A DNA stretch of 63,700 bases, counting the filler, from Welwitschia mirabilis (Eukaryota): the NCBI GenBank assembly GCA_051453625.1. It is 5 parts of one record of this genome, joined end to end, with 100 filler letters (N's around TTAATTAATTAA, not from the genome) between each part and the next. Parts side by side here need not be neighbours in the genome. Positions count along the whole stretch, not along the records: positions 1 to 23,570 come from JBOZIK010000001.1; 4 more parts are not named here. The stretch is one strand, 5' to 3'. A program made the translations under genes and the position numbers. Under the pieces are notes generated by a model, which saw nothing but the letters and a program-made list of their open reading frames with translations, did no database searches and was not told the origin of the DNA. How positions within the stretch are numbered: position 1 is the stretch's first letter; each line of letters opens with the position of its first letter. This document shows positions 1-12,697 of this stretch, in pieces.

Positions 1-1034
1 ATCAAAAGGGTTTTGAATTTCACATTTTCTACTAGCAATTAAATCTCTAAGCGTAACATTCGCATTCGAAGAAGAAGCTCCTAGTGCAATTGAAATGTTA
101 AAAGAGTCTACTTGCTTTTGCTTTTGCAACGATTTTGATATATTTGACATTTTTGAAGAAACAACACAATCACTTTCTACACTACACGTTTCATTTGTGA
201 ATTCAGACTCTAAAACAGGAAATGCAGAAAATCTTATTCTTTAATTCTGGGAATTTGCATACCTGGGGTGTGCATACCTGGATTTAACTCAAAGTTGCTT
301 AATCCTTTCTTGATATTTTCTTTAATAAGGTTCTATTCTCTCTAATATTTCATCTTCTTATTGGTATTAATCATGTCCCTACATGTTCCAATAACTAACA
401 GAACATACAAATCAAAAACAACATAACGTCATCCATCTCATCATGTAGATAACAGGTAGGATGATGGTCACAAGAAAAAAATGAAATTTACAAAAACTCA
501 AAAACATAATGAACTATTATATAGATACATTGTTTAGATGATATAAAAGACGACTGCAGATTTACTGTAGGAAAAAAAATTCTAGAATGTAGGAAATCTA
601 TGTACCAAAAAAAAAAACAAACTGTCATCCTCAATATCATGTGGATGATAGATGAGATGACGAAGAAATAAAAAGGAATACAAAAACTAAAATTTGCAAG
701 AATAAAGCTCATGCAAGAAAAAATATACTATCGTCCACTCATATCGTAAGGACGACAAATGAGACAAAACTATTATAGAAATAAACTAACATAGGATGTA
801 GAAAAAAATAGACTGTCATCCTATCTGGTCATTAGGAAGATAGAAAAGATGACAATAAAATAAACAAAAAATGTAGAACTAAAATTGCATATAATAAAAC
901 CTACTTTAACCTAAACTAGGAAAAATACAGTACTAATTCAAAATAGATAACCTAAATAGAAAGTTTCAAGATACTTATCTTTGATTAGTAACACTCCTTT
1001 TAGCTCCTTGTGGTCTTCCCTAGAAATGGTACCA
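1..1034 (-). mobile_element. Athila-type Ty3/gypsy 5' internal region (PBS, leader, decayed ORF running off the window edge)
   Basis: Reverse complement of 1017-1034 is TGGTACCATTTCTAGGGA, a decayed form of the Athila tRNA-Asp PBS TGGCGCCGTTGCCGGGGA. The adjacent leader (965-1034) matches 1512-1581 and resembles about 59551-59610. Confidence 0.6.
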
Positions 1035-1563
1035 ATAGATATCTTACATAATACATCACACTAGTATGAGTGGGGGTAGACCTGAAATGTCATATTCACA
1101 TTGGAGACTATGAGATAAGACTTAGGTTGCTTTACAAAATGGAATAGGAACCAGAAATAAATAGGAAAATAAATAAATGCAATGCAAATGCAAAGTGCAA
1201 TTAATTTAGATAAACACAAAATGAACTAATATTACTTAATTTTAGCCTTAACAAAGGCTACCCTTGATAATCTATATCACCCAAGAAATTATCACCAAAT
1301 TAAAGACAACATAGATTATAAGGATCAACAAAAAATCTATGATGTAAATATGAAAATAAAACAAAGTTTATATTAAGAAAAAGTAACAAGCATCTTGATT
1401 ACAAAATAACCNNNNNNNNNNNNNNNNNNNNNNNNNNNNNNNNNNNNNNNNNNNNNNNNNNNNNNNNNNNNNNNNNNNNNNNNNNNNNNNNNNNNNNNNN
1501 NNNNNNNNNNNTTCAAGATACTTATCTTTGATTAGTAACACTCCTTTTAGCTCCTTATGGTCT

Positions 1564-1581
1564 TCCCTGGAAACGGTACCA
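1564..1581 (-). promoter_or_regulatory. Primer-binding site (tRNA-Asp type, Athila)
   Basis: Reverse complement is TGGTACCGTTTCCAGGGA, 6 nt from the LTR terminus at 1588. Confidence 0.7.
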
Positions 1582-1587
1582 AAAAGT

Positions 1588-3068
1588 TGCAATGCAAATT
1601 TTTGCGATCTGAAAGTCCTTTAGATAAACTTGTAGTTCACATAAATCATAGAAATGGCACTCTAGTATAGACAGGAGTTCACTCAAATATCGTAATTCAA
1701 CAAAGGCACTAGGCTTGAAGTTAGAGAAATGATTTTCACTACTGTATTTTACTTTTCTTTTGTCTTTATAAAAAAACTAAATAACACAATGTGAGTAATG
1801 AAATGCTATTAAATGGACATGCAAATGCAAAGGAAATGGCNNNNNNNNNNNNNNNNNNNNNNNNNNNNNNNNNNNNNNNNNNNNNNNNNNNNNNNNNNNN
1901 NNNNNNNNNNNNNNNNNNNNNNNNNNNNNNNNNNNNNNNNTTCACTACTGTATTTTACTTTTCTTTTGTCTTTATAGAAAAACTAAATAACACAATGTGA
2001 GTAATGAAATGCTATTAAATGGACATGCAAATGCAAAGGAAATGGCAATGAAAATATAGTGGAAGTGTATCTTACATAGACTTTAGCCTTCTTATCACAA
2101 GACTACTTCTCTATAACTTATATCAAGGAGAAAGAGCATTTACTAGTTTCTAATCAATATAAATTATGAGATCTAGTCAAATACGACTTGAATGCAATAT
2201 GAAGAAAGAAGAAATAATGCAAATCTATTCTTAAATGAGATTAACCTTAACAAAGGTTTCCCTTAACATCTAAGTAAATCTAAGTGTGCTACAACTAAGA
2301 TCAACTTAAAAAATAAGGGAGATGCACAATAATGAGAAGAAATGAAATTGTATTACTAAATCTTAACATCCACTTATAAGACTAAAACAATAGTGCCTGA
2401 ATGAGAGGGACATAGCTTGACACTAAGGAGACTCCTTTTTACAGTATGGGATGGACCTCTCACCTTTAAGCTTCTGTCACAAGTATGGAGAATAAAAGAT
2501 GGAGAAAGAAAATAAAGGGGGAGAAGGGTATTTGTAGATTTCCAAGTGAGGAAATAGGCGACCAAACCCTCAAGGTGAGAAAAGAAACCCTAACAACCCG
2601 CGTGGCCCATTAGCACTCATTACAAGGCAAACATAGTTACTGTCCTATATGTTGTCCACATAACATAGGAGATGACATCATCTTAGCTGCTTGGATTATG
2701 TGCCCTGCACCTTGGATTGTATGCCCTATACCTTTTCAATGTATGTATAGGTGCTGCAGTTGGTGCTATAGGCTTCTGTCCATGTCAGCAGTCTAGTCAT
2801 CATGCATGTCGTGGGGATAATATTGGAGATGATGATCTTCTTTTTCTCTTTTCCAAGGTGAATTAGTCTTTGCATTGTTCCATCCTTCTTCTAATCCTGT
2901 AATATTAGAATAAGCTCAAGAAACTGTCAAAAATATTGGATATCACATGTTTTGCTAATCATCCTATCAATCCTTCATAATCATCAGTATTACATCAAAA
3001 CCTATATAAATGCCCTACAAAAATACTCAAGATACACCATCAAATTCCAATAAATTAGCATCGCAACA
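1588..3068 (-). mobile_element. Athila-family 5' LTR (includes a 100-N gap with duplicated flanks)
   Basis: TG...CA termini: TGCAATGCAAATTTTTGCGATC at 1588 and ...ATTAGCATCGCAACA at 3068. It abuts the PBS. The 3068 end matches family termini at 4517, 58079 and 58314; the 1588 end matches 54968. Confidence 0.7.
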
Positions 3069-4516
3069 CTATAATATAAAATGAAAAGAGATTTAACATT
3101 TGTAAGTTCCTCTTTTATAAACTTAAAAAAGTAAAGGAAAATATCCAAAAAAAATTCTTCCTCTACTTGTAAGTAAGCTACTTCATTTTGTTAAAGATAG
3201 TAAACTTCTTCATGTTAAGGTATGAAATGAAAAAGCCATAGATCACATTATAGATAAATAAATCACAAGAATAAATATGCATCATTAAATAAATTAGATC
3301 CAATAAAATAATTGTGGTTACTTAGGAACTAATATTNNNNNNNNNNNNNNNNNNNNNNNNNNNNNNNNNNNNNNNNNNNNNNNNNNNNNNNNNNNNNNNN
3401 NNNNNNNNNNNNNNNNNNNNNNNNNNNNNNNNNNNNTGTATGAGCTAGTAACTAGGGAAAAAAGGAATTGTATGCACACACTTTAATAAGGATGATGATA
3501 AATCATAAGAAGATAAATTGATAGATTTAATGAGCTTCAAAGGAGCCTTATCTCTAGGGATCATATGAGGTCTTCTTTTATTAATACATTCTTTTATCTA
3601 TTCTTCCTTTATTCTATTTATAGCATTTATTCCACTTCATAAATTCTTTTTTTCAATATTAGCTAATAGAAATATGTATGGTCTTTTCTTTGTAAAAATG
3701 AATTTGTAGGTAATTTTTTAATTTTCTAACTTGACTCAATCATTGAGGATAGTGTTAGATGGGTTTGAAGGATGAAAATTAACATATTTTTTTCTAAAAT
3801 TTTCCTAAAAATTAATTGACTAGGAATTAAAAAATACATTTTATTTACTTAGAAATTTTTGAAATGGAAAAATTAGAAATGATCTAAGACTTTTCAAGAT
3901 AGAAATAATTTTCTTAGTTTTCACTTTCATGTTAAAATTTTATTGATATTTAAAATGTATATGTCTATTGATCAATGTTTCCAAGGATATTAGTCCATTT
4001 AATTTCAATTTAGAATATGGTACCTAAAAATTATTTGAATTGGTAAATTTTCCTTATAACTTTCTATCAATTAATATTTAATGTACTAATAAATGGCTAG
4101 TTTGAGGGCATATTTACAAATGAAATTTGACATATTTGATTTTAAAACTTAATAAATTAGTATATTGTTAAGACTATAAATACTATATTTGTGGTTGCAT
4201 TATTATTAAGCATGTTTTTCTATTTAATTTCTAAAAACATTATTAATGAGGACTAATTTTTAGTATTTCATTTACAAGTTATTTGAGCTATTTAAATTGT
4301 GTTGGAATTAATTAAGTAAAAGGGACTAACACAACTATTAGTTATTCAAAAGCTACTAACCTTTTTAAGAATAATGAGTCCTATGAAAAACAGAAAGCTA
4401 ATACAGCATACATTAATAGATTAATTTACAACCTAATGCTAAATTAATCTACAAAGATAAATGAATACGTATCTAGGTATTATATTATATTAGCAATAAT
4501 AATATACTAATCGAAG

Positions 4517-4593
4517 TGTTGCGCCGCTAACTTAAGTGTATTTGATAGTGTATTTTGAGTTGTTTTGCAGATAAACTAACAGATAAATGCTCA
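4517..4593 (+). mobile_element. 5' terminus of an Athila-family LTR, cut by a gap
   Basis: TGTTGCGCCGCTAACTTAAGTGTATTTGATAGTGTATTTTGAGTTGTTTTGCAG aligns with the reverse complement of 3015-3068 and 58027-58079. Confidence 0.7.
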
Positions 4594-7077
4594 NNNNNNN
4601 NNNNNNNNNNNNNNNNNNNNNNNNNNNNNNNNNNNNNNNNNNNNNNNNNNNNNNNNNNNNNNNNNNNNNNNNNNNNNNNNNNNNNNNNNNNNNCAGAAAG
4701 CTAATACAGCATACATTGATAGATTAATTTACAACCTAATGCTAAATTAATCTACAAAGATAAATGAATACATATCTAGGTATTATATTATATTAGCAAT
4801 AAGAACATACTAATCGAAGTCTACATCCCTAAGAAAGATCTATGTAACTAAGTCCTACCTCAAGTATAAGTCATCATTCATTTATATTTATATCCTACAT
4901 TGCATTTCATGCTTAAAGGATTATTTCCACATTTTATAGAATTTTCATTCATTTATAAAAACCTTATTCTTCTAAATCTAGATTTCATATAGCTATGATA
5001 AGTGCTTTCCTCATCATAAGCTTCCAAGCCTCTCTTCTCCCTCCCTAGGTATGAGGAAATGATCAAATTATAAGACACCTATATTATTAAGCCTTAGTAC
5101 TTGATACTATGCTGAATTAGATTTTTTTTTGCATCATTGATATAGGTACTGTATTATGTGATCAAATTTAATTTATTCTTCTGTCATTAATATAATTATA
5201 ATTATTGATTATGTAATAGTTTGTTTTAATTATTCTTTCGCATTTCTTTATTAAATATCTTCCTTCAACATATTATTAGGGTTAACATAATTGATATGTT
5301 AGTTTATGGTATCTTTGATACTATCATAGTATTTTTGCATTTCATTGTAAGACATAACATTTCTAATTTTTTATTATCATAATAGTAAATAATTTCTTTA
5401 TTATTTATGAATATTGGTTGTTCCTAGTATAATATCTTTTACTTTTCTTGGTTTTTCTTGATAGATAACCTTATAAATGGCTATTTTTTAATTATTAGGA
5501 GAAGAAATCTATCATATTAAATTCCTAATCTCTTTTTTAAGAATTCTTTTCAAAACTTTTTCAACTTAAATACTTATCTAAAAACTTTTATCTCAATCCT
5601 TATGAGCTCTAAAATACATCAGTAATCCCTAAAAGAAAATGATAATTAGGGTTTATCATACTATAATAGGGTGTCCTAGTTTACTTATTGTAAGCTACTA
5701 CCTAAACCTTGATAACTAGGACCTAATAAAATTTAAGTCATAGAATTATTCATTAATAAAAATGATGATTTTATTCTTAAGAATGTCATTTTTTATTTGT
5801 TAACTTTCTTTTTCTTTCATCCTAATGATTAAAATAATGAAAGCCTTTATTCACTACTTTAATAATGATTGGATCATAACATATAAGACAAAGCAACTTA
5901 GTTTTGCAATAAGATGCATAAATTCAAGTAATCCTCTTATTAACTAGAGAGAAATTTTTAATTTCATTAAAGATACTAATCATGGAAAATTTTAAAAATT
6001 TTTATAGTAATAATGCTTATATAATATAAAAATAGGAAACAAAATCTTGATATTTATCCTATTAATGAGTGATATAATGTTCATTTATTATACTTATTTT
6101 TACTATATGTTATAATAATTTTAAAAAATAATGAATGATTATTATAAATGTCTATTTGTGTTTGTTTGTTTGTTTCCACTTAAATATTTTACTTACATAG
6201 GAGATGAATGAGAATAATTTTTTTTCCACTTAAACATTTTACTTAGATAGGGGATGAATGAGAACATTATTGAAAAGAATCTTAATAATTTAAGATAATG
6301 ATAAGTGGCATAAAAGAGGAACTATAAAAAGAGAATGGGATTGATCCAAAAAGGAGCTCAATAGGCAGTTAAAAAGGATGATTACCCTTAACTCTATTTT
6401 TAATTATGAAAGGTGTCATTTCCAAATATTCATACAAGTGTATGCATGTATCTTGAACCCATTGATTCTAGAGATAGATCTCAAATGATCGTGGGAGTAG
6501 AGACTGTAGTTAATTAGGCCTGGGATATTTCTTTTTCTTTTTCTTTTTACTATCCTTTAAAAATGATTAAAGAATTTGTCTTGCTAAGTATTAACCGTTA
6601 CTACATTATTCTTAGTTAATTTGGTTGAAGAATATAATAGTATACTTCTTATCATTAGCTTTAGAAATAAAGATCTATTCTTACATTTTTAGTTTCTTTA
6701 GTTAACTTGAATTTATTAATAAATTTTATTCTTCTTACTATTTAGAAATAAATAGTAAGTAATATTTCAATAGATATTGGATATTAGAAAGCTTTAATTT
6801 CTATAGATAAAATCTATTAATATTATTGTTAGTTAAAATTCTTATGTTGGAAATAACACATTGAATGTTTAAGTTAATTTTTAATGCTTCTTTCTCACTA
6901 TATTATTAAAAGTATACATTTGTAACTATGCTTATCTTTGGATTAAAATAGAACCTGAATAAAGATTAATGATAGAGTTGTTTATAACTCATGACAAATT
7001 ATAGTTAACAAATATATTTATGAGTCTTTTAATAACATTTCCACAAAGAAAGATCACTACTACTCTAATTCTATCAT

Positions 7078-10000
7078 TTGTGTTATTACTAGGGAACATG
7101 CATCTTTTTGGAAAAAGAAATACCTTTAAGTGTGGTAATCAATAGCTAAGATAATGATAAATAGTACAAAATAAAGGAATACTCTTTATTAAATATTATA
7201 GTAATAGATGGAGAAGCAACTTAGGAAGATTTGCAAAGATCCTATAAAATATGAAGAGTTCACATTAATTGCTAATATTTGGAAATGTTAAATTTAAATA
7301 AAAATAGATAATCATACTATTAAAATGAGAATAGAGCATGAAGTTAAAACTAGACTTCAGTTCATTAAAAGAAATGATAAAATAACTTAGAAAGAGTAAA
7401 GACTAGATGAATATGGCATCAAGCTAATATGCATCTAGAGGAATAATACCATTTTGGAAAGATAATGAAAGTTCTATTCCATTATCCATGGGCTATTTTA
7501 GTAAACCCATAAGTCGTATTCCTTTAGATGAGATAGCTTTAGTTATTTTAAAAAAATATTATAAACATTAATGTAACTCTCTTATCAATCTTTGAACAAA
7601 AGAAAAATAAGGTAGATGTTATACATCTAAGTCTTTATAAATCTTTTTGTAATGATAAATACTTAAAAATAAACAATGAGAAATTCAGGTTCTTTTTTAA
7701 TGTCTTAAAGGAAGATGCTTTAATGTGGTATTACAAATTATTTATGAAAATTTTAATACCTAGAGAAAATTAAGAAGTTTTTAATTAAAATATTAGTCAT
7801 TAAGTATAATAAAAAATTTAAGAGAAAAAATTATGAGTAGTAAATAGAGACTTAATGAAAAATTTGATGAACTCTATGATAGGTATCAAATTTTATTAAG
7901 TAAATGTTCTAACTATGGAATAGAAGTTAGATAAAGAGCTAAAGATTTTTCGTAAAGGACTTAATAGATAATATATTGAAACACAAATTTTTCATATCAT
8001 TAGTAAAATTATTACATAACTTTATCCAAAAAGTGAAGGCTAAAATAATAAAGAAAATGAGGATTTTAAGGAGGGAAAAAGTTCCATGTAGTGGAAGACA
8101 ATGGAGATCTTGTCAATACAAAAATTGATAAATTAGTACATGATTTGAGGAGTTTAGTCTAAAAAGTAAGAAAAATATGAGAAACACATTTAATATGTAC
8201 ATATTATCATTAGGAAAATCTAATGAATTAATTATCCTTGTTAAGATAAATTTATAAAATGGTTAGATGTTGACAAGGCTGATTTAATAATGACTAAAGA
8301 AAAGAATCAAATGAAAATTATCCTTAGTGTTTATTAACAATAAAATTGGAATTAGAAAATATCTCAAAATGCTTTATAGGAATATGCCATCAAAAACTAA
8401 TAACAGTAAAATAAATTTTACAAAAATTTTAGGAGTGACCTAAGAATGGTAAAACTAATTAATTATAAGAGGATAAACAAGACTAGGAATCTAGAACTTT
8501 GACTACTTAAGCTTAACCAAATTCCAAGACAAAAAAAAATCATCATGTTATAGAGATAAGATTAGAAAAACCTCTTACTATTGATTGGAAACCAAAAAAG
8601 AGAAATACATCATCTAAAAATATTTTAAAAAAAAAAAGAAACAGAGATATTCAAGCAAACCCCACCTTAGAAGGATTTTAAAAATGACACTATAATTAAG
8701 TTTCCTAACATAATAAGATCTAATACTATATGTAATAATAATAGAGATGAAAATTTAACTTGATCTATAATAGAATGTGTTAAAGAACTTTAAGAGTTAC
8801 CTATAAGTATGCCATTAGTAGGCTTGCTTAAGGAAATCCTAGAGTATATGAAGGTTGTTAAAGAATTATGTAGTAAATCTAGGAAGAATCCTAGGAATAA
8901 AAACACTAAAAAAAAAAAAAGGAATGACCAAAAGATGATAAAGTATCTTGGATATCCACTTACATAAATAATGAATTAACTAAATACAAATATAAAGACT
9001 AGAAACCCTATTAATAAAAATAAAAATTAGAAAAAATGTTTTTTTAGTTTTGAACAATTTGAAAGAAAGCATAAATATTATTTGTTATCAGGTAAATGAA
9101 ACTCTAAATAAACCTAAATTAAAACGTCATGATAAGAATATAATATTAATAAATAAATCCATCATTAATACTAAATGAATTATGAAGTATATAATGATTA
9201 ATGTCTAAGTATTTACTTATGTAATTAATATTACTATTTTTAAAATAAAATATTAATCTATAAGACATCTAATTATTTTGGAAAGTCCTTGGATGGCTAC
9301 TATCGATGTAGCATTATTTATAGGTAAGGAATAATAGAAATATTTATTAGAGTTTTAAAAAAGCATTTAGTAGTTTCCAAATAGGTAAAATGTTTAACTT
9401 TCAAGAATAAAAAATGTTCCACCATAAAGTTGAAATTTAGGATTTCTTGGGAAATGAAGAAAGAGAAGGTTTAGAAGATGATAAATTAGAATGCTTAAAA
9501 GGTGAAAAAATTGTTAATAAAATACAAATATAAAAACTTCTATCACAATGAGGATTAGAATACATTGAGGTAGATAAAAATAAATCATTAATCATAAATA
9601 GTTAATTCATTCATGCACAAAATAGGAAACTTAAAAAATCTTAACAATCTATATAAAAGCCTTTACCAAAATGCAATTAGATATAAAAGATATTTCAACC
9701 AAAATATGTTAACATGGAATATATTTATATCCTTCCATTAAATCTAGAAGATAATGTAAAAGAAGAACCAACTATAAAATGCAAGATGTGATAAAAGTAG
9801 AAATTTAAAAATTACTATAATAAAAATTTATTTATCTTATTTAAATTCTAATTGAGTAAGCCCTCTGACAGAATTTCTACTCATAAATATTATATCTTTT
9901 TAGATGGATATAGTGGTTATAATCAGATGTTCATAGCACATGAAAACTAGGAAAAGATTACCTTTACATATCATTATAGAACATTTGCCTTTAAATTTTT

Positions 10001-10990
10001 ACCATTTGGATTGTGTAATGATCTTGTCACANNNNNNNNNNNNNNNNNNNNNNNNNNNNNNNNNNNNNNNNNNAATTTAATGAAAGTCTTTATGGATGAT
10101 TTTCTAGCCTAGGAGGATAATCTTTATGAAGATTTTGATAAATTGGAAAACTTATTAGAAATATTTGAAGTAAAAAAAAAAGTAAAGATTAAGTTAGTCT
10201 AAAGGTTTCATGATGGTAAGTGAAGGAATAATTCTTGGTTATAAAATTTCTAAAAATGGGATTGAAAAAGTAAAAATAAAATTAAAATCATAAAAAAAAT
10301 AAAAACACCATATGAGTTTTGGGAAATAAGATCTTTCTTAGGGCATGTTGAACATTATAGAAGATTCATAGCAAACTTTAGTAAGATAGTAAACTCCTTA
10401 AATGAATTATTACAAAGGGTGTATGATTTAACTTCATTAAAGAATGTCAGAAATTATTTAAATAACTTAAGCAAAAATTGACAAAATCCCTTATTTTCTA
10501 AGGATCTAATTAGATAAAATCCTTTGCCATCATGACATATGCTTTAAGCTGTGCCATGAGAAGAATGTTAAGATAAATAGATAATGAAGGAAAACATATG
10601 TAGGTAAAAGTTTTCATGTAGCATAGAATAATTATCTAGTTATAGAAAAGATATGCTAGATGTTCTATATTCCCTATAGAAATTTAAATAAAATGTGTTA
10701 GTTTACCCAAGCAAAATCCATACAAAGCAATCTGTAATAAGATATCTTATAAATACAAAGGATATAAATTCTAGGATCATAAAATGAATTATATTGATGA
10801 AAGATTTCATATGGAAATAGTGGATAGGAAAGGAATTAAAAATGTGATAACTAATCAATTATTTAGGTTTAACTTTAAGAAATTGAGAGAAGAATATAAA
10901 ATAAGATAAAACTTTCTATATGAGAGCTTATTAGAAATATCAAAGAGACCTTGATTTGCTAGCATTACAAATTACTTAGCAACTCTTGTG
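7078..10990 (+). pseudogene. Heavily decayed Athila-type gag-pol (PBS, gag, RT, RNase H)
   Basis: PBS-like TGTGTTATTACTAGGGA follows ...CTATCA at 7076. Gag remnants read EDALMWY (~7711) and YDRYQILLSKCSNYG (~7875). RT reads LDGYSGYNQMFIAHEN*EKITF...PFGLCN (~9900-10020) and MKVFMDDF (~10080). IRSFLGHVEHYRRFIANFSKI is at ~10326 and P*FASITNYLAT at ~10949. Many stops and frameshifts. Confidence 0.85.
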
Positions 10991-12161
10991 TGAAGTATCT
11001 GAAATCCTAGAGAGGGTGTGAATAGGATTTAAAAATTAAATAAATAAATTCATGAGCTATCTTCAAAAATATTGAAACTGAAAAATATTTATACACATGA
11101 AATACAAAAACTAAATTAAAAGAAAGATAACTAAAAGCATAAAATACTAATGAAGATAGACACACAATTTATAGTGATTTAGGAAACCCCCTACTCCACT
11201 CTTAGCAATTAGCTTCTATCTAAGCCTGATCTAGATCTTTGTTAATCACTTTCCAAGTATTCTAGGTTTACCTATAAACTTTTACAATCACACTTTTTAG
11301 AGGCTCAGTCTCAACCTTTAGAAAGAATATTATTTGGTGATAACAGTATGCCATAATGCATAGATTCCACTAGATTTGAAGTACAATAATGATGGTACTA
11401 CATTACTTGAAATGATATCACAATCCACATATGTACAATCCAAACTAATTAATCAAGTATTGAGGATCACAAAAAGATGTTTGTTCATCTTTAGTTAAAT
11501 AGAAGATATGCCAAAAAGTTATACAGTGGTTTCGATGGATAACAAATATATAGGAGAAACATTTTAGGGTTTTACAAGTAAAATAGATTCTCTAATAGAT
11601 AAAAACAAGAGCCCAAACAGCTAGAAAAATCTCATTTTCATCATGATTGTTGACCCTTCAAAATGTTTGTTTGACCCGATCAAGTATCGTCACTGAAGTC
11701 AGTCATCCTCATATTCTTTCAATCAATCCAAGTATATTATGGCTCCATGTCTAGTTAACTCCTCATGGATAAATGCATAACAACATTTTTATCTAGTTGA
11801 TCCCTTAATCAGATAAGATGAAAATATTTTACTCCATACCTAGTGGACTCTCTGGGATTTAATCGATCCCTTGATGATCAGATGTGAAAAATTTATTATT
11901 TAGGTCTAGTTGATTCCTTAGAAATTTAGTTGACCCCTTTGTAATCTATTTTTTACACTTTATGATACAGATTTTGTTATCCCCTTAATAATTTGATCAA
12001 TCCCTTTAAAGGTATGAAATTTATCAAGTTCAATAAGATTTATGATAAAAGATTTTAGCTTCTAATCTATAAGGATTAATATTTTCTATATTGAATACAA
12101 CATATTTTGATAAAATAGAAAATGCTAGCTTGACATCAACTTGGAAAATTATAACTTAACA
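10991..12161 (-). mobile_element. Sirevirus-like (Ty1/copia SIRE) 3' LTR inserted into the Athila pol
   Basis: Starts TGAAG...CTAGAGAGGGTGTGAATAGG and ends ...TTAACA. It is followed by a reverse PPT-like tract ATCTTTCCCTTTGACATTGATGGTAAAC (12162-12189). Repeated TAGTTGAYCCC-like motifs lie at ~11640-12010. Confidence 0.7.
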
Positions 12162-12697
12162 ATCTTTCCCTTTGACATTGATGGTAAACTATATTTAGTT
12201 AAAAATACTAATTGGAAAAACTCTACTTCAGATAATTCCCATTAAATTTTCAAAAGATTATTAAACATGTTTATNNNNNNNNNNNNNNNNNNNNNNNNNN
12301 NNNNNNNNNNNNNNNNNNNNNNNNNNNNNNNNNNNNNNNNNNNNNNNNNNNNNNNNNNNNNNNNNNNNNNNNNNNNNNNNNNNNNNNNNNNNNNNNNNNN
12401 NNNNNNNNNNNNNNNNNNNNNNNNNNNNNNNNNNNNNNNNNNNNNNNNNNNNNNNNNNNNNNNNNNNNNNNNNNNNNNNNNNNNNNNNNNNNNNNNNNNN
12501 NNNNNNNNNNNNNNNNNNNNNNNNNNNNNNNNNNNNNNNNNNNNNNNNNNNNNNNNNNNNNNNNNNNNNNNNNNNNNNNNNNNNNNNNNNNNNNNNNNNN
12601 NNNNNNNNNNNNNNNNNNNNNNNNNNNNNNNNNNNNNNNNNNNNNNNNNNNNNNNNNNNNNNNNNNNNNNNNNNNNNNNNNNNNNNNNNNNNNNNNN

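Noticed and set aside
1735-2046. ~105-bp direct repeat flanking a 100-N gap; similar cases at 21107-21345, 28530-28794 and 33932-34056
   Set aside because: Near-identical sequence on both sides of fixed-size gaps indicates unmerged contig overlaps.
3069-7076. Probable LTR/UTR sequence upstream of the Athila gag-pol
   Set aside because: It is likely retroelement-derived, but I could not define termini, a partner LTR or a TSD, so it is not annotated.
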